NCBI RefSeq assembly: GCF_006345805.1
Contig: NC_043006.1
Coordinates: 51,336,001-51,400,000, forward strand
Direction of reading: 5' to 3'
Length of the DNA stretch: 64,000 nucleotides
Origin: Octopus sinensis
Lineage: Eukaryota
The first letter of the stretch is position 1; every line of letters begins with the position of its first letter. Positions 1-13,880 of this stretch are shown here, one piece after another. Below the pieces are notes generated by a model. That model made no database searches and was not told the origin of the DNA. It was given only the letters and a program-made list of their open reading frames with translations. The translations under genes and the position numbers were made by a program.

Positions 1-1466
1 ATACCACTAAACATTTTGCCTGGCATACTAATGATTCGGCTAGCTCACCGCCCTATACAGACATTTATTGGAAGTTCTATCAACTCAGTAGTGCTCTGTC
101 AAATAAATACTGTCAAAGCTTTCGATCTGACATTTTCACACATATTCTAGCACACTTCAAATAAGTGCTATTTATCTACTGCTATTATAGCCAAAACATA
201 CAGTAGTATTTTTCTTTTATTTTTGTTTCTTTGTTATCTATTTACTCCTCTCCTTCTTTACTGTAAATGATCAGACCTTTATTGTTTAACTATTCATATC
301 TACTCCGCTGGTCTACCTGGTCAAAATGAGATTAAAAGTGCTATGTATAGTAAATTACTCACGGATGTGTCAGTATTTTTGTACAAAGCAAACAGAAGCT
401 TGGCTGTGAAAATTCTCATGAGGAAAGTGTAAGAAACAATAACAAAGACAATTTATTTCAGAATTTAGCTGTAGTCACACCTTTGAATGGAATGTATTTT
501 CTCACAGCTGCTGCCTGACTAAACAACTTTATGCAGTTATGTAAACTTTAAAAAGTAAAACTATCACATGATTTTCAAAACAGGACTTTTGGCAAATTAA
601 CTAACAGCTAAAAGATTTCTTAGAAATTATTATAACTAATCAAAAATCAAATCATTATATATAGTTATTTAATTTATTGCAGGCATCATAGCTGATGTCA
701 AACTGGAACATTGCCTTCAAATAGTATTGATTTGGCTACAATTTCTACTACTTAAATGGAATTATTATGCAGTGAGAAAGATGGAAATCTTTGTGAACAA
801 ATTCTTAAAGTTAGATAAGAGATAAGAGAGTCAGAAGCAGGCCAAGAATAAGCAAATGTTGATTTGAGAGAGTCAGGTAAGGATAGAGGCTGACAAAAAA
901 ATGAAAGGAATGCTATTAACAGAGAAAAATCATAGCTGTTGTAGTGATAGAACACTACAGGAGAAAACATACAATATGTAAGGAACATTTATCAACTGTC
1001 TTGCATCATAAAAATAAATCTATTCCATATAATGGAAATGTCATATTTACTGATGAATTAGAATTTCATGAGAATCAGAGTTTATTAAAATTAAATGGAT
1101 AAATTTCACAATAGAAGTTATCTTTTTTGCCTTGTTTTTGATAAGGTGCTATTAGCTATTCCAATTATAATAGATTTTTATTGTAAGTATTAAATTTAAT
1201 TTGTATCAGAATATTACTATATGTGAATTGTTTACAATTATTTCTTCCATTATAAAAGGTATTGAAATTTCTACCAATATGATTTTGTACAAATGTTAAA
1301 GGAAATATTTGAAACTTGGATGAATAGAATTGAGGTTGATGTTTCATTTTAAACAGAACAAGGCACATAGAGAAATAAATGAGCCATGACCTGTTAATGA
1401 AATCTTGTATTATTCTTCAATTAACAAAATTATGATTAAAAAAAATATTATTTTAGAATATCCAAC

Positions 1467-1638
1467 CTTTAACCCAACAACATTCTGTCCATTCACTTCA
1501 ATAAGTTGATGGTCAGTAAGAAGACCATTTCTAGCAGCAGAAGAATCTTTCACCAGAGACTTAATCTTGCCATCCTTGTAAACAAAACCAACATAGCCAC
1601 TGCTGTCTTTTTGCATGGTGACAGTTCTCTCAAATGGC
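1467..1638 (-). CDS. SDCBP: Syntenin-1 coding exon 4 ([58 protein letters not shown]), PDZ2; remaining exons are off the left edge
   Basis: 172 nt, phase 2/0. Acceptor ttttttcttgtag, donor GT at 1466. Lies in ORF 1410-1682. No further matching exon found in 1-1466. Confidence 0.96.
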
Positions 1639-1737
1639 CTACAAGAAAAAAACACAAAAAAAACCCATTTCATTTTAGGCAATGAGTATAGTATATTGGT
1701 TTAAATACAAAATACTTATAATATACTATTAACTTAC

Positions 1738-1913
1738 CTGTCTCTAACAGCCATACAAATCTTCTGAGGATTGGCAGACTTCAAATATTTATGAACTTTA
1801 TCGTTGTCCCAACCAGCAACTGACTGGTTGTCAATTTGAAGAATTTGATCTCCAAATCTTAAACCAGCCATAGCTGCTGGAGAACCACTCTGCACCAAAG
1901 CTACAAACACACC
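1738..1913 (-). CDS. SDCBP: Syntenin-1 coding exon 3 (GVFVALVQSGSPAAMAGLRFGDQILQIDNQSVAGWDNDKVHKYLKSANPQKICMAVRD), PDZ1
   Basis: 176 nt, phase 0/2. Acceptor ttttcag at 1914-1916, donor GTAAGT at 1737. GLRFGDQILQI PDZ motif. Not in the ORF track; translated by hand. Confidence 0.96.
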
Positions 1914-2299
1914 CTGAAAATAATATAAAATGATATGACAAAAACATAATCAAAAATATCTGAAGGTGATACAAAGTCATTTAGTGAATAAATTTTAAAA
2001 TATAACTATCGGTAATGTGCCTCTGACAGAATGGTTGGATGGATTTTGTTAAAATTTTTGTTCAATATGAGCTGTTGGAGATTGTGACTTCTATAGCTGA
2101 ATGCTCCTTCTAATGTTCAACACTCAAACATGAAAAAAGAATGACACCTAAGTGGGAAAACTGAGCAATGAGTTGTGCCTAAATACAATTAATGTAGCAG
2201 TTATAAAATATAACCAAATAGAATTGTTGGGTCAATGTTTTCCACATAATGACAGTAAGGTTGATAAAGCATACCAGAATGTCATTAAAACTATAAGTA

Positions 2300-2790
2300 A
2301 TTGTTCTGTAGAATATTGAGTGATGGCGTTAGACTAAGCTGGTCATAACTCCATCAAAAATGGTTCCAAGCTGGTTGCAAAAGATGGGTTGGGGTATGGG
2401 GCTAAAAATTCAACTTTCTGAAGTTCACATATTGCTACATGAATGATGAAAAGTGACCATTATGGTACATATATGCAGGAGAGAAGATACATCCTTGGAT
2501 GTTATAATCAAGCTGGATCAAAGCCACGAGGAAGCCCAACCAACAATAAATTGTATCTTCAACACCAATGCCAACACAAGAGTAGGCACCTGGGCACCTG
2601 GAATGTCCACACACTAAGAGTGATGAAAGACTATTATCTGATGTAGATCAGTGAAATGAGGAAGACAGATCAAGAGTGAGTAGACAGATGGCATGAAAAT
2701 ACTGTTCTCTGGCAAGGAAGAGCACCACATCCAAAGGTAGGGAGCATTATCCTCAACATTAAAACACACCAAATCATCAGAACATCAGGA
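2300..2790 (+). mobile_element. Degenerate RTE-like 5'/APE fragment in a syntenin intron
   Basis: HLGTWNVHTL followed by ISEMR...KILFSG...HH remnants. Confidence 0.5.
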
Positions 2791-3401
2791 TTTTGAAAGT
2801 CAATCTCTTATCCAATCCAGATGAAACATATAAACACTAAAAACAATTGAACTGAACTTCCTATCTCAGCTCAAACCCAATGCTGAATTACTAACTACCT
2901 TCATTTAGCTATGAAGAATCTAGTTTACCACACATTGATGACGATGTTCTACTATGCCTGCAAACAAAACATTGTTACATATATGAACACATCAAAACTA
3001 GATGGACATCAAGCTTAATGAAATATTTAAGATTCTGCACTGTACATAATGTTACAAAATATTGTATTACAAAATGTGCAATATAGCATACAAAGTATAC
3101 TGAAATTATGGCTCACTTCAAAGCATCTAATCTCTATACAGGGCAACAAAACTCTACATATGTAAGAAGATTGCTCAAAGACATTATATTCCAGTGATTC
3201 ACATGTAAACATCACAAAAAATAAGAGGAAAAATCATTGAAAATTAACAGCTTCTATTCATGTAGCATGAAGGATAAACAAGAATTATTTTTCAAAAGTA
3301 TAATCAAATCTTGGAAATTAAGCTAAGTTGGAGATCAACTGCATTACACAGAAACACACAAGATACTGAAGTACTAAACAACACTTGCTTAAACAACTTA
3401 C

Positions 3402-3713
3402 ATTGTTCACATGTCGGAGACGCAATCCAATCTTTCCATGTTCGTCTTTGCACAGCAACACTTCTCGAATACCTTGTTTTATCTCAGCTCTTACCAAACC
3501 TTTATTGGCACCAGTTATTGGAGCTACTTGCATCTGATCACTATGTCCATGACTTAAAGCAATTTGTGTATTTGCTGGTGGTGCCATATCCTGAACCAAT
3601 TCAGGAGTCAATGGTAGACCCATATAATCTCCCAGAGTTGGATACAAGTGACCATGTTCAGACTGTGCAGGGTATTGTATAGCATGATTGCTGGCATAAG
3701 CAGTTTGTTGAGC
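3402..3713 (-). CDS. SDCBP: Syntenin-1 coding exon 2 (AQQTAY...LYPTLGDYMG...RAEIKQGIREVLLCKDEHGKIGLRLRHVNN), N-terminal domain and start of PDZ1
   Basis: 312 nt, phase 0/0. Acceptor ttttataattctag, donor GTAAGT at 3401. Overlaps ORF 3318-3647. AEIKQGIREV and GKIGLRL are syntenin hallmarks. Confidence 0.96.
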
Positions 3714-3794
3714 CTAGAATTATAAAATGAGAATACAAATTAGTTAATGAGAAACAATCTTATAAGTGAACAACCCTATAATTATACATATATA

Positions 3795-4019
3795 TTGGGT
3801 TGTCTGGAAAGTTTGTGCCGACTTATAGTAGCTTACCTTTTGACTTACCCTCCCGGGCACCTCAATTCTGGGAAGAGGGTATTTTCAAGTTAAAGGAAAG
3901 ATGGAGATGAATTGTGCAACAAAATGGTTCATATTTGGTTGTTTAAAAATGTAATGGCAAGTATTTATTGACTTCTTTCTTTCCTTTAAAAATTGGCATG
4001 AACTTTCCGGACAACCCAA
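3795..4019 (+). mobile_element. Mariner-derived MITE (225 bp) in a syntenin intron
   Basis: ~25-bp TIRs ttgggttgtc(t/c)ggaaagtt, TA TSDs (3793-94, 4020-21), and an internal transposase C-terminal remnant (FWEEGIFKLKERW). Confidence 0.85.
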
Positions 4020-7000
4020 TACAAACATTAGATAGATTAGTATGTATACACAAACACACATCAAGTGAGGTTTGGAGATTCATTCACTATTTTAAAGCAT
4101 CAATAGTTTTAATACGAAATGATAGAGTTTACTTATTTGTGAAGGCATACTGTAAAGAGAATATAACTACTGTTCTAGTTTTATATATATTATTATTTTC
4201 TTAGAAGTTTTGTTGTTAAAAGTTCATATCAAAAGTATGTTTAAATAACTGTTTCTAATGTAGGTACAAGGCCTGCAACTTTGAGGAAGGGGAAGTTAGT
4301 TGATACCATTAGCTCCAGTACTTTACTGGTACTTTATTCCATTAATCTTGGAGGGATGAAAGACTAAGCTGACATCAATGGGATTTGAACTCTAGAGCAT
4401 TTAAATACTAAATATCAAAATTATAAACAACTTAAAATTAGATACAATAAGGAAGGGAAATTCACTGAAGTTAACCGATTTAAAAGAATCTTTTATACTA
4501 ATTGTAAAGGAGTTAAAGTATTTGATCACCAGACAAAAACAGTTAAATTTGCACCTCCATCTCTAACATCCACATCACATTTACAAATATAACAAGATTT
4601 ATTTTATTATTGATTTCAGAAAGACTGAAGTCATTTGACATTGGACAAAGTGCTTTGTGATATTTAGTTATAGTCCTTTCATTAGGAGTTCAAATCTAGT
4701 CTGGGTCAACTTTTACTTTCCCTCCTATAAGGCCAATAAAAGTACCAGGTAATTAGTGGCATTAATAAAAATCAATAGTTCCCTCCTACAATATCAGCAG
4801 CCTTATGTCTGTGTTAGAAATAATTAATGATCTCATATTTTTCTTTGCAGACTCGCCTAAGTAATATTAAAAGCTACAGAACTAAAAATATTTCTATGCT
4901 GACTTTTGTCATAGCCCATTGAAAATGAATAAGGATGATCATTGTTAAGCTGGAAAATAAGTCTAAAAATTTTTAAATGTAAAGAAGGAGAAAGGTATAT
5001 TAACATTGAGTCAAATTTATCTCTAATGATGAAAGAGAAAATCAGCTCACTTCCAACAACATAGCTCTTTCAAGTAGGCAAACAAATTAACTGGTTAGAC
5101 ATCAGCTGCTGCAGCTAACTAGGGCAATATTATGAATGTTTAGTCATGATAATGAACCTTTTATCTATTTTTTTTTTACCATGACTTGTTTTATTTTAAC
5201 TTCACTTATCTATTTTGTTTTATTTCAATTTAGTCTGAGTGGTAATCATCCTAGCAGGTTACTACAATTACTGTTCAACTTGAATCTCTATATCTCATAT
5301 ATGTACAGAAGATGTGGGTAGGAAGGGGCTTCTAAGATTTACTGATCTGAGGAAGGATTGGGAAGAGCATTTAGTATAGGATCTGTGAGGGTAGGATGTG
5401 TGACTACAAGATTTGGCTATAGATGATACACAACTAGTTATTTTCAGAAAAGCAAGAACCTTTCTGGAGAATGTAAAATAAACTGTGGGAGGATATAGGA
5501 AGTATAATAGTGGTAAGTAAAAGTATATCTGTTGCTTCAGAAAAATAAGAAGATATAGTGTGTGTATCTGCCACCTCAGGTAAGAACTCCAATAACGGAT
5601 GTACTGGAACCATATGGACTGTCAGCAACAATTCAGATTCTATGCATTTTCTGGCCCTACTGTATTTTTTTAAAACCTTAATTACACTAAACATGTTTAT
5701 TTCAGAGTAAATATTTTAATAACCAAATCAAAGTGCAGAAAAAAATATCAGCTAACAGCAAAAAAAAGACAGAGTTTGTCTTCATGGTCACTGCCATTTA
5801 AAAGAATTGTCTGCACAAGACAATCTAATGGTAAAAAGAAAAAATAATTTTACAAAATAGTTTGTTCAGTTACAAGCATGATAAGGATGCCTTAAATGTT
5901 CATCACTTGAACACAACTCAATATTAAACTAATATGCAAAAGTTACTCGGTGAACTAAGTTTATGAACAACTTGCTAAGTATACAATTCACTACCATCTG
6001 TACTAGTGGTCTGTACAAAACTGTAAGAGAAACAATGCTGATTTTGAACAAATCTGAAAATACATCCAACTAATTACTGTCACAGTAATTTGGGTTAAGA
6101 AAACATTCCAAAAGAATTCTTTCCTTGTTTTGCTAGCAACTAAATCTTCCTTAACCCTCACTATACCATCTTAGCAAGAAAAAAAATATGAATAATATGG
6201 TCTGGAGTACACAAGTAAAATAAATGCCTTTGACTATATATCTAATCAATCAGGGCCGACTTGGGGCTAAATAACAATCAATAAAAACTCAGATTCCTCA
6301 GTATCCTTTCTTAATGAGGTATTACAAACATGGAAATATAGTTATTTAAAAGTAAAATAAAAATGTATTTCACTGACTTAATAATCATATGCACACTAAT
6401 CAATTGAATAGCATTCTACAGATTATATAATATGATTTCTCAGCAATAATCTGAATATTGCAAAAGGCAAATAATGATAAAATTAAGCCTGAGAAAAATA
6501 GTATGCATACATATATCAATGAGTTTGTAAAGAAATTACTTATATCACCTTGAAAACATTAATTAATAAGTTTGAGTCTGTAGGGCCTCTGTTGTTCAAT
6601 ATTGGTAATATATCTGCACATGTACATGGAGACCTAAGCAAGATCTTTTTTGAGGAAGACTAGCAGTTGCTTATGCACACAAGCCTTCATTCTTCATGCC
6701 ACCAATGTTTATACAACTTGTGCTGATACAGCTTAGCACAAGTGGCATTACAAGCATTGCTGTCTTAACAATAGAGCCAGAACAGATGCCACAGAGCATT
6801 TTACCTGTCTAACATTTCTATCAACCTACTGACCTTGATTGATACTTTTTTTTGTTTTTAATCAACTTTAAAAGCAAGAAAAGCAAAGATAATCCTGGCA
6901 TAAGGAGTCAAAAAATACTACAATTACTCTAATGACTCAATCAACTAACCACCTTTTTGCATCTGTAGACAACAAAAAGAGAGCTATACTTAATGTAACA

Positions 7001-8040
7001 TTTCAGATAACTGAAATTTTCCCTGGAAATTATAATAAACAAAAGATTTATATCAATAAGGCCATCAGAAATTACAACACATTATTACCACATTACAAAG
7101 TGTGTTTAATATCCTACTTCAGCTCTAATTTAACCTTTCCTGCTGATTAAACAATAGATGAAAATAAATAAATTTGTGTGATGGTGTTAAGATTGAAAAC
7201 ATTTGCAATTTTAAACATTTCAAGATATTTTTCTTGTCAGACAGATGGGCAGTTTTGAAAATCTGAATATTTGATAAATTGTTAGAGTTTTCACAATTAA
7301 ATAACAAAAATATTTATGGCTGAAGAAGGTAGCATAATAGATTTGTTTGCTTAACATCACTTTTCAATTATTATACAACAGTTTCTGCACATGTCTAAAA
7401 TGAGATATTAAGATTACAATTTTACAATTAATAGCACTAAAAATTATCTTAACATTATTCTTATTTACCTTGCTGGTAAAGGTTATACAGATGCAATCCA
7501 TTTTGTTTTATCATGCCATCTTAAATCATTGAATCTTGAATCCAAGGTTCATTAAAAAGTCTCAACTCCTACACTTATCATTTCCTGTTAGTGACTGATG
7601 GTGACATTTTATCAACTTATTTGCAAGAACCAATTTATGTTGCAAGCATTTGCCCACACCATGTTAATCTGATGTAGCTCTGTCACTTATATGAGTGTCA
7701 TGTACAAATAATGATAATATTCAACAGCTTAAAATTTATGCATATAAAGAACATCACTAAGAAAATTGCATCATTGTAGTAGAGGAAATTCTAAAAAGGA
7801 GGAGGGATTCAAGGATTCTGACATCAAAATCCTTTGGTAAACATTTCCAAACCCAATCCAAAAATTCTAAGACAAGGTAGTCAAGGTAAAACACTTTTGA
7901 TAATAGGTCTGCTCAGCTGGACCCAACTAGGAGTGCAACAAAGTAGGGGTGTGTATTTTTTAAGACAAGTACAAATAAAAAAAAAATTAAAACTTTAATA
8001 CACTTAAGTACCTATATTAACCTATATAATTATAACTGAA

Positions 8041-8878
8041 ATTTACAAAGCCTGACATTTAGAAATGGGAGTGAGTCAAATTGACCACAGTGCTTGAATG
8101 GAGCTTTATTTAATTGACCCTGAAAGGATAAAAGGCAAAGATGACCTAAGTGGGATTTGAACTCAACACAAAAGAGCTGGAAGGAATATCACAAGGTAAT
8201 TTTTCTGACACTAACAATTCTGCCAATCAACTGACTATATTAGAAATAGCAATAATAATAATAATGACAATAAAATTTTAGCACAAGGCCAGCAATTTTA
8301 GAGGAAGGAGTAAGTCAATATCAGTAATTTGAGTGCTTGACTGGTAATATTTTATTGACTCCAATGGAATGAAAAGTGGAGTTGATCTCAGTGGCATTTG
8401 AACTCAGAATGTAAAACTAAAATTCCACTAAGCATTTTATTTGGCATCCTAACAATTCTGTCAGCTTGCAGCCTTAGATAATGATAATAATCCTTTCTAC
8501 TCTAGGCACAAGGCCTGAAATTTGGAGGGAGGGGGCTAGTTGATCATATCGACCACAGTGCAGAACTGGTACTTATTTCATTGACGCTAAAAGGATGAAA
8601 GGTAAAGTCAACCTCGGCGGAATTTGAACTCAGAATGTAAGGGATGAAATGCTGCCAAGCATTTTACCCAGGCTGCTAACGGTTCAGCCAGTTTGCCGCC
8701 TTTATGATGATCATAATAATAATCCTTTCTATTATAGGAACAAGGCCCGAAACTTTGCGGTAGGGGATTAGTCGATTACATTGACTCCAGAATTTCACTG
8801 GTACTTAATTTATTGACCCCGAAAGGATGAAAGGCAAAGTTGACCTTGGCGGAATTTGAACTTAGAACATAGCGACGG
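8041..8878 (-). mobile_element. Head-to-tail array of four SINE family B copies separated by (AAT)n
   Basis: Repeated ...gaaaggatgaaaggcaaagt..acctcggcggaatttgaactcag... blocks at ~8120, ~8365, ~8590 and ~8820, with increasing similarity to the consensus. Confidence 0.8.
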
Positions 8879-11021
8879 GATAATAATGATAATAATAATG
8901 GCTAAATGGTTAAGTAGTTCACTTCACAATCACAAGGTTTGGGGTTTGATTCAACTGTATGTTATCTTGGACAAGTGACTTTTATGATAACCTTGGGTAG
9001 ATCAAAGTCTTGTGGGTTGAAGGAAACTGTTTGGAAATATGGATTGTAATTCAGAGAAACAGCTTAATCAGATACAGTGTCATGCTGACTCTGCTGAAAA
9101 TTACATTAAGGTTCTAAGCATCTGTGGAATGCTCCACTACTTTCAGGCTAATTCATTGAACAAGTTGATGGTACAAGTGCTTGAAGTTTTAACCAACAGC
9201 CATTTATTATTATTTAATAAAAAAATGGTTTGTTCTTTACAAATCTATAATAATCATCTATAAATATAATGAACATTTCATATCTTAGATGAATGAGACA
9301 GGCACATATATAAACAATAACAACAGATTAATGTCACATCACAAGATTACAATACAATCACATTTATTTATTCATTTATTTTTCTTTAAGAGAATGTTAA
9401 AACAAAATAATAAGCAATTATGACTAAATATACAAAATGAATTATTAGTACAGTTGAGAAAAACAAACAAACTTCATTAACATATTTTCTAGTTTTGTAA
9501 AATGTTTTAAATCATTTAGTTGTCATTTGTCTTCAGCTGTTCACCAGTTCAATTCCAGCTTGAGCATATTTGTATTTATTATAGATACACATGGCAACTA
9601 ATGATGAGCAGTTAACCATTCTAAACATTTTACAGAAAATCATAAAAGATGAAGTTATCGATCTAAAAAAAAAAAAAATTCACAGCAATACAAATAAAAG
9701 AAAATAAAAATCAAGCAGTTATTGTTTAACTCCAAGACAACTCTAACTGACCAGATTTATGATCAAAGACATTCATTTCACGACCATCCTATCTTTTCAG
9801 GCCATGTATCTCAGACAAAATATTGTGTGGTGTGTTCTGATTATTGATTTGGGTGCTATTTCTAGCCATTTAAATGATAAGACTTAATGAATTCTATTAT
9901 TAATAACAAATCTGCTAATCTTTACCAACTGAACCTATACTATGTGAAAAAAAAAATGTTGTCAAATGACTTGGTTTCTGCTGGCCATAAAGGCAGTTCA
10001 TAGAGAACAAAGCTCATTTGGCAAATTCTCATGTATTTTTTTTTTACAGTTATTCTAGGCTTATGGCTAAATGGCTAAAATATCGAATTGTTTAGCTGAA
10101 GGTTTTCTAGTTTGTATTCATTGCAGATGTTTCATTGTGTTGATAGCCTGGAACACTTGATCCTGCAATATCTTATCTAGCAGTTAAAAACAGGCGACAG
10201 AACTGACAAACATTACTTACAATAAGTCAATCATCTTAGCCAAGAGAAGATTTCTGAACTACTGTTTACAGAGAATGCAGAGGCAAGCATTAGCTGTTTG
10301 ATTTGCTGAAATCTACAAGAAGATTACCATGTATCTACTTTCTGAGAACACAATCATCTCTTCAGTCATGAAGCAGTAATTTACAGCTGGCATTGAATAA
10401 AATTCATTTTTATTTCCTAGGCAAATGGATATTGCTCTACATATGGTCCCTTGACAGTAAAAGCAAACAGTTATTTAACTTCAGATCAGCCTTGACCAAA
10501 AAGGTGTTTGAATAATGGCATTCCAGATGACAATCCTGTTTATAGTTTTCAGAGTTTATTTAGGGCTACATTTTCAAAAGAGTCCTTTTATAAAGACAGT
10601 AGGATGGGATTTGGAGATTTGGTTTTTATTTGTAATAAATTGAATAATCAAAGAGAGGTTCTCTCACTGATTTCATACTGTTCGACCTCTAGTCAACTCT
10701 GATTAAATGATACTCCAGCCACCAATGTGTCTTACTTTTCAGTTAATGTTACAAACACTACATTATTCATTGTGGCTCTTTTTTCACAAATAGAACATGA
10801 CTTGTTTGAGATTCCGCTGGTATTTCCAACAGGTCAAGTTTCTGTGTATACCCATCACCACCACCTCTTCTTTTTGGTAACATTTACAAAGTGGATAATA
10901 GACAAAACAATAAGCTAAGAGGTCAATGAGTTATATCCTGTTGTCAACAGTATTGTGTCCAATAGCTAAGCACCCATAGATGCTAAGATTCCTCTAACTT
11001 CCATATAGAAGTTAATAATAA

Positions 11022-11098
11022 AGCCAATCATTAATCCCCATATTGGGATTAACAGAGCCAATCATTAATCCCCATATTGAGATTAACAGAGCCAATCA
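11022..11098 (+). repeat. 34-bp tandem repeat x2.3 containing AGCCAATCA and a TTAATCCC/GGGATTAA hairpin
   Basis: Units start at 11022, 11056 and 11090; one mismatch between units. Confidence 0.9.
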
Positions 11099-11280
11099 TG
11101 GCTATAGGAACGTTCAAGTAACTGACTGAGCTGTCTGACAAGATGGATGAACTAAGGAAATACCTGTTTAAGCTATGATAGAATGTCAATAAGCGAGAAC
11201 CATTTCGTTAGTACAGAAGCAGCAGCCAAATGTATAGAAGTTTGGATAATAAAGACAAACGAGTAGAAAATTGTACTTAC

Positions 11281-11331
11281 TTTGACCATTTGGTCAACTT
11301 TCATATCTTCCAGTGACGGATACAATGCCAT
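11281..11331 (-). CDS. SDCBP: Syntenin-1 first coding exon (MALYPSLEDMKVDQMVK); exon spans 11281-11367 including 36 nt of 5' UTR
   Basis: Translation closely matches the syntenin N-terminus (human MSLYPSLEDLKVDKVIQ, from recall). Acceptor ttttttctctcattgcag at 11368-11370, ATG at 11331, phase-0 donor GTAAGT at 11280. Confidence 0.93.
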
Positions 11332-13880
11332 GATTACAACTTCAGTTAACTTTTAACAGCAAAGTATCTGCAATGAGAGAAAAAAATCTAATACTAAATA
11401 CCAACAGCTGAAGACAATGATATACAAAATCAGTTGCACATGCATACTTATGTGATGCAATGGAAGCAAGCAGCAGACAGTAGAAAGGGAAAGGGACTGT
11501 GATAGGTTCTCCCATAACCTATTCAAAAGTATGATATCTCTCTTTTGTCCTCCTCCAATTTACAGTATCACCATTTCTATTCTACTACTCTGCACAACCA
11601 GAGATCCTTAACTCTTCTCACTCCTGGCACCTCATTCCCACTCGTACCTTGAAGGTTCACTAACATTACATAACCACTATTTTTATCACTTTCCAGATCC
11701 ATCTGATCATCCCCACCTTCTCTTCTAAAATTTGAGTAGTTATGTTCCTCTACAGCAAGAAACTTATTCTATTTCAGCCCTTATGCTTTAACCCTCTCTA
11801 CTACCACCATGATCAAGATTTGTAGTCTTCTAAGCTCCATGGAAAACTTACTAGTGCTGATGGCATGACAAAAAGCATCCAGTAAATGAGGAAGGGCATC
11901 TGGCTTTAGAAACTATGCCAAAGCAGACATGATGCAGTCCTTAGCTCATCAAACAAATCCTGTCAAACCATCAAACTCATGCCAGCATGGAACATGGATG
12001 CTAAATGATGATAATGAAAATGCTACTGAAAAGCAGTTAACAGAGAAAGTAAAAGATAAGAAGTATGTAGAAGTTAAAAGGAAAAATGAAAGCCGATAGC
12101 ATGAGGAAGGAAAAGGAAATGGTGATGGATTGTCTGCCTTCCAAGAACAGGTTTAGACCATCCAACAAGCTAGCTCCAATGTCTGCTTTGGCATGGTTTT
12201 TATGGCTGGATGCCATTCCTAATGACATTCCATTTGCTTAAATTCACTCATATGGGTTGGCGGATGGTGGTTGTTTAAAGTGCCATGCAATCTAACAAAG
12301 AATTATGTATGTGATTGCGAACCAAACTTGTTAACAATGGCCATACAAAATAAAAATAACTCAAAAGTTAGTTGTTAAATTATGAAAACTTTCTTAAAAG
12401 AAACCATCAGAATAATGACTCATCCTAAAGCAGCTAAGAATGAAATGTGACTGCAGTACAACAAATAACTACTGCTTTGTGTATCATTCTGTCAGGAAAG
12501 CACAACATACATATTTTTTATATGGCGTTTTTGTCTGCTAATGAATATCATCCACTCACTGCTAGATCCCTGACACAGACTTAATTTGCTGCTTCATGAA
12601 TGAGGTTTATCTAGGGCAGATTTAATCCTTAATCCCATTGTTGCTTCAGATGTATCATCAGAAGACACAAGCAAATATTGCCATTAATTAATGTTCAGAG
12701 TAGAAATACAACTACTAGAAGTAAACACTACTTAGTGAAAAAAAAAAAGTATTTATAATAAAGCATCAGTTATGAGATTAAAAACTCATGCTTTTAAAAC
12801 CAGGCACAGCTATTGGATTAATACACTGCCTTTCTTAGATCTAAAGGCTGCATGTGTGTATATGTGAATATGTGTGTGGGTTTTACACAGGAGCATAGGA
12901 TGGAAGATGAAAATTAAAATTTAATGACATTCACGTCTTTCTTTACCAAATATATATTAGCAAAAATGTATTTCTTTCTAATATTTGTGGTTAATGGTAA
13001 ACACTTGGCCCATAAAATGTTTGAATCTGTAGTTTAACTAACTTAGCAGTTTGGCTAAATAAGACCATTTGATATTTGTTAAGTACTCAATGTGATTTCC
13101 ATTAAGAGCACTTAACTCTGTTTACAATCATTAATGCTCCTAGAAAGACATCATTGCCACAAAATCACATGCTCCCATGTCTAAACACAAAACTATTCAC
13201 TCAACAACAAAATATAAACAAGAATCAACAACTGATATGGAAACCTAACTTTTGACCTCATTTCCAAAAAATACAACACATTGTACTAAGTTATCTATAG
13301 GACTGTTCTTTTCTTGACCCACTTCTGAATGAAAACAGCTTAGCAATGGCTAGGATTTCAAACACTTTACACATTTACAGATATTATGGATTATAAAAGC
13401 TTTAAGCTTTTTTCAAATTAAATGCATGCTGTCTCATACATTTAATTTTCATATTTATCAAATATAAAAAGTTCTTTGTCTCAGCTTATAACTATTTTGC
13501 ATAACACGACTACTTCAATCAATACCCAGCTAATTATGTGGACTATACTGATCTAAAGTTACAAATAAAACTGCTCCATAAACTGAAATTCAATCTTGAA
13601 AACAGATATTTTCATTTGAAATTAAATAAAACCTTGTGCCACAATATTATCTTAGATCATAAACTAGCAATAAAAATAGAATTTCAAGTAGCACACATTA
13701 ATCTTCTCCCATTCTTTATATTTAGTTTTATACCTGTACCTTACTTAACTGTGTGCATCAATTTTTATGTAATTCTTTCATTATAATTTGACACTAGCAA
13801 GGAAAACGGATGTTAAATGATGATGATGAAACTAAAGGATATTGACAAATTATGTTATCTAAGTCATATTAAAAAATTTA

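Noticed and set aside
5434-5694. Candidate extra syntenin exon
   Set aside because: No similarity to syntenin; exons 11281 and 3713 already join in frame.
9560-9680. Strong minus-strand acceptor (poly-T TAG) with early stop and AATAAA, a possible poison or terminal exon
   Set aside because: Poly-T runs are common here; no independent support.
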